A DNA stretch of 25,859 nucleotides from assembly GCF_006345805.1 (NCBI RefSeq), contig NW_021836205.1:1-25859 (forward strand), in the 5' to 3' direction. How positions within the stretch are numbered: position 1 is the first letter of the stretch; each line of letters opens with the position of its first letter. Below the pieces are notes generated by a model. That model worked only from the letters and a program-made list of their open reading frames with translations. It made no database searches and was not told the DNA's origin. Both the position numbers and the translations under genes were made by a program. Shown in pieces: positions 23,213-25,859 of the stretch. Origin of the DNA: Octopus sinensis. Its lineage: Eukaryota.

Positions 23213-23492
23213 ATATATCTATATATAAGTACTGGAATCGATTCATTCAGTTAAAACTTCTTCCAGGCAGTCGGTGCCCCAGCATAGCTGCAGTCAAATG
23301 AATGTAAAAAAGTAAAAAGTTATATCAACATCCGGAGAAAATGCAAAATTGATGTTAAATATATTGAACCTTAAATCATAAAGAGATGTAACTAAATAAC
23401 GCAAATTCATTTGTCCGCCACTCTACCAATTCTACCAATGTTATCAGCTTTCAATGTATTCCCCCTTTAACCGTTTCCCCTTTTCATTTTAG

Positions 23493-23639
23493 TCATACTT
23501 TTTCGGTCGAAGCGACATCGCTCTGCCAGGAATCTCCAAGTTCTTTGCCAGAGAATCGCTAGAAGAACGATCCCATGCTGACAACCTCATAGAATACATC
23601 AACAAACGTGGAGGTAGAATTGCTTTTAAAGACATTAAG
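23493..23639 (+). CDS. Secreted ferritin, helix B exon: SYFFGRSDIALPGISKFFARESLEERSHADNLIEYINKRGGRIAFKDIK
   Basis: Acceptor CCCCTTTTCATTTTAG, donor AAG|GTAAGA, 147 nt, phase 0-0. Same boundaries as the classical ferritin exon SYYFDRDDVAL...RGGRIFLQDIK, with the EERxH ferroxidase motif. Confidence 0.96.
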
Positions 23640-24070
23640 GTAAGAAAGAATTCTCGTTTGCTATTTACGTCGATTTTCGTTCCGCATCAGTTGCAGCCAG
23701 TTTCTCAAACACAGAAAATGTGAAACGCTGCTGGCTTTCTTCTCTGCAACATAGTCAAAACTTCACCCTGAAAAAGACTGACTGAAACTTTGGGTATTCC
23801 ACTCGCCAAGGCAATTCCACTGTACTCTTTCTGTTGCTGTTTCCAAATGATATAAATTTTGCCAACGCAGTCCAGCTCTGATCTCCTTAGATTTTGCTTT
23901 ATATGTTATATATAAATGCCAAATTTCCCTGTAAGCATTAACAATCTTAAGGTTATAGCAGAGGATACTCGCCCATTGTATTACACTGTGGCACGTAAAC
24001 CAGAACCAAATGGTTACAAAGCAAAACTTCAAAAGCGTAGAAAATACGTCTGCATTTATACTTATAATAT

Positions 24071-24235
24071 ATAGCTCAGTGGTTAGAGCGTCGGGGCCGC
24101 AATCATGAGGTAGTGAGTTCGATTCCTGGACCGTGCTGTGTGCCGTGTTCCTGAGTAAGACACTTTGTTTCACATTGCTCCAGTTCACTCATCTGTAGAA
24201 ATGTGTTGCGACGTCACTGGGGGTCAAGCAGTATA
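24071..24235 (+). mobile_element. tRNA-derived SINE family C fragment
   Basis: A-box TAGCTCAGTGG, B-box GAGTTCGATTCC, then GTGTTCCTGAGTAAGACACTTT, resembling conserved SINE central domains as recalled. Confidence 0.75.
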
Positions 24236-24250
24236 ATATTGATATATTAT

Positions 24251-24544
24251 GTTATTGTTTGTTCCTTCTCGAGCCACGCCTGACTCATAAGGGCCGGTTT
24301 TCCGGTTTCCTTGGCGTATAGGTTTCCCCACCTTGATGGGACGCCGGTCCGCAACATGCAGGAGGAAAGAGTGAAAGAAAGTTGTGGCGAAAGAGTCAGC
24401 AGAAGTTCGCCATTACCTTCTGCCGGAGCCGCGTGGAGCTTAGATGTTTCGCTCCTAAACACACACATCGCCCGGTATGAGGTTCGAAACCGTGATCCCT
24501 CGACAGCGAGTCCGCTGCTCTAACCACTAGGCCATGTGCCTCCA
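24251..24544 (-). mobile_element. tRNA-derived SINE family E (family D-like head, different 3' tail)
   Basis: Minus strand reads GGAGGCACATGGCCTAGTGGTTAGAGCAGCGGACTCGC...GGTTTCGAACC and ends ...GGCTCGAGAAGGAACAAACAATAAC. Confidence 0.85.
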
Positions 24545-24584
24545 TATAGATATATTATAGACAGAGAATATTATAGATAGATTA

Positions 24585-25640
24585 TGTCTTGAATTTCATC
24601 CCTTACTTAAGATGTTTCCTTCTTGACGTAAAGTGAAACTATAGTTTTCAAAGTTGTCTCGAAAGACATTCAATACTACTTCTGATGTCGTAAAAGATGT
24701 CTGAGCTGTCGAAAGAGGTGATCTTCAGAAGTTGTGAGATATGGGTTGTATGCCAGCTGTTCAAGTAATTCGAAACCCAATTTAGCTTCAATGGTGTGGG
24801 TGACCGTTTATGGACGTGCATTGTTACTCTTTTACTCTTATACTCGTTTACTTGTTTCAGTCATTTGACTGTGGCCATGCTGGAGCACCGCCCTTAGTCG
24901 AGCAAATCGACCCCCAAGACTTATTCTTTGTAAGCTTAGTACTTATTATATCGGTCTCTTTTGCCGAACCGCTAAGCGACGGGGACGTAAACACACCAGC
25001 ATCGGTTGTCAAGCGATGTTGGGGGGACAAACACAGACAAACAGACATACACCCCCCATACATATATATATATATACATATATACGACGGGCTTCTTTCA
25101 GTTTCCGTCTACCAGATCCACTCACAAGGCTTTGGTCGGCCCGAGTCTATTGTAGATGATACTTTGCCCAAGGTTCCACGAAGTGGTACTGAACCCGGAA
25201 CCATGTGGTACTTACCACACAGCCACTCGGGCAAATAACATGCGTTTTAACAATAAAATCCCACATTTCTTGCGCATTACCGGTTTCATTTTGTTGGCCA
25301 GCATTTCACTGCGACCTCCATTAGCGACTCTGGGCCCTCTTTTCTTGGTAATGTTCCAGTACAGACCCTTTTGCGTCTCCAAAAGTTAGCATCCCGTTTT
25401 GTGCAGAAGGTTGAGACTTGAATTTCTTTTACGCTGGCGATTCCGAGTGTTTCCATTCCATACTCCGCCTTTTGGATTCTGGCTCCAAGTGATGGATCCG
25501 GGATTCATTTCTTGGGACTTTCCTCTCTTCAAAATACTTCACCTTCATCCACACTTGTCGCATATCACGTCGTGCTGATTCAGGTTCAGAAATATCTGAA
25601 GTGGTATTGTGATACCTCTTAATCTATTCATTCACATACA
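24585..25640 (-). mobile_element. Decayed mariner transposase remnant in ferritin intron 3, split by a SINE
   Basis: Right part (with frameshifts) reads IHHLEPESK / SMEWKHSESP / KKFKSQPSA / GDAKGSVLEHYQEK / EMLANKMKP. Left part reads NARP...KLGFELLEQLAYNPYLTTSEDHLFRQL, a decayed HDNARPH...YSPDLAPSDYHLF. Confidence 0.8.
24824..25228 (-). mobile_element. SINE family A nested in the mariner remnant
   Basis: Near full-length copy with a (GAGTAAAA)-type tail. Confidence 0.9.
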
Positions 25641-25844
25641 AGTTTTATTTCACGTATAAAAAATCCATTTGGCCAAACAAACGAATGCTTCATTGTGACG
25701 ATGGACGGATAATGCAGAAGCTTTGCCAAATTCTTTTGTTCATTTCATTATAGTTCAATATTTTGATTGTTGAAATAATCGTTTGTGACACTCTGGCAAA
25801 AACAAAACAAATGTGATACATCGTTATTTATTTTCTATTTACAG

Positions 25845-25859
25845 TATTCTGAGACTTGC
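25845..25859 (+). CDS. Start of the next ferritin exon (YSETC...), truncated by the window end
   Basis: Strong acceptor TTATTTATTTTCTATTTACAG and phase 0, matching the preceding donor. KDIK|YSETC parallels the recalled yolk-ferritin DKIDLKDAC. Confidence 0.7.

Noticed and set aside
23690-23760. Possible ferritin exon FLKHRKCETLLAFFSAT, resembling the yolk-ferritin loop insertion
   Set aside because: It ends in a stop with no credible donor. The acceptor at 25844 is much stronger and in phase.
23763-24188. 141-aa minus-strand ORF
   Set aside because: It begins inside a SINE, and the remainder has no recognisable motif or consistent splice signals.

Overview
AT-rich, microsatellite-saturated animal genomic DNA, most likely octopus or another coleoid cephalopod. 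That assignment is inferred from the SINE families and repeat landscape and was not searched. One gene is well supported: a + strand secreted, yolk-type ferritin. Its coding exons are 18477-18573 (signal peptide), 22364-22461 (helix A), 23493-23639 (helix B/BC loop) and a fourth exon starting at 25845 that runs off the window. Splice phases are consistent and the ferroxidase ligands visible here (E27, Y34, E61, E62, H65 equivalents) are intact. A weaker candidate secreted-protein gene lies on the - strand (exons 7152-7190, 6168-6203, 2061-2105). The rest is mostly mobile DNA: a 2.3-kb 5'-truncated Tx1/L1-clade LINE with (AAT)n on both flanks, four decayed Tc1/mariner-superfamily remnants, several tRNA-derived SINE families (one forming head + n x 184-bp arrays), and Penelope-like remnants. 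The least expected signals are two minimal type I hammerhead ribozyme motifs (1424-1466 on -, inside a 259-bp inverted-repeat element; 15757-15791 on +). There is also an in-phase His6-encoding candidate alternative exon in ferritin intron 1. Nearly all ORFs in the supplied track are microsatellite or repeat artefacts.
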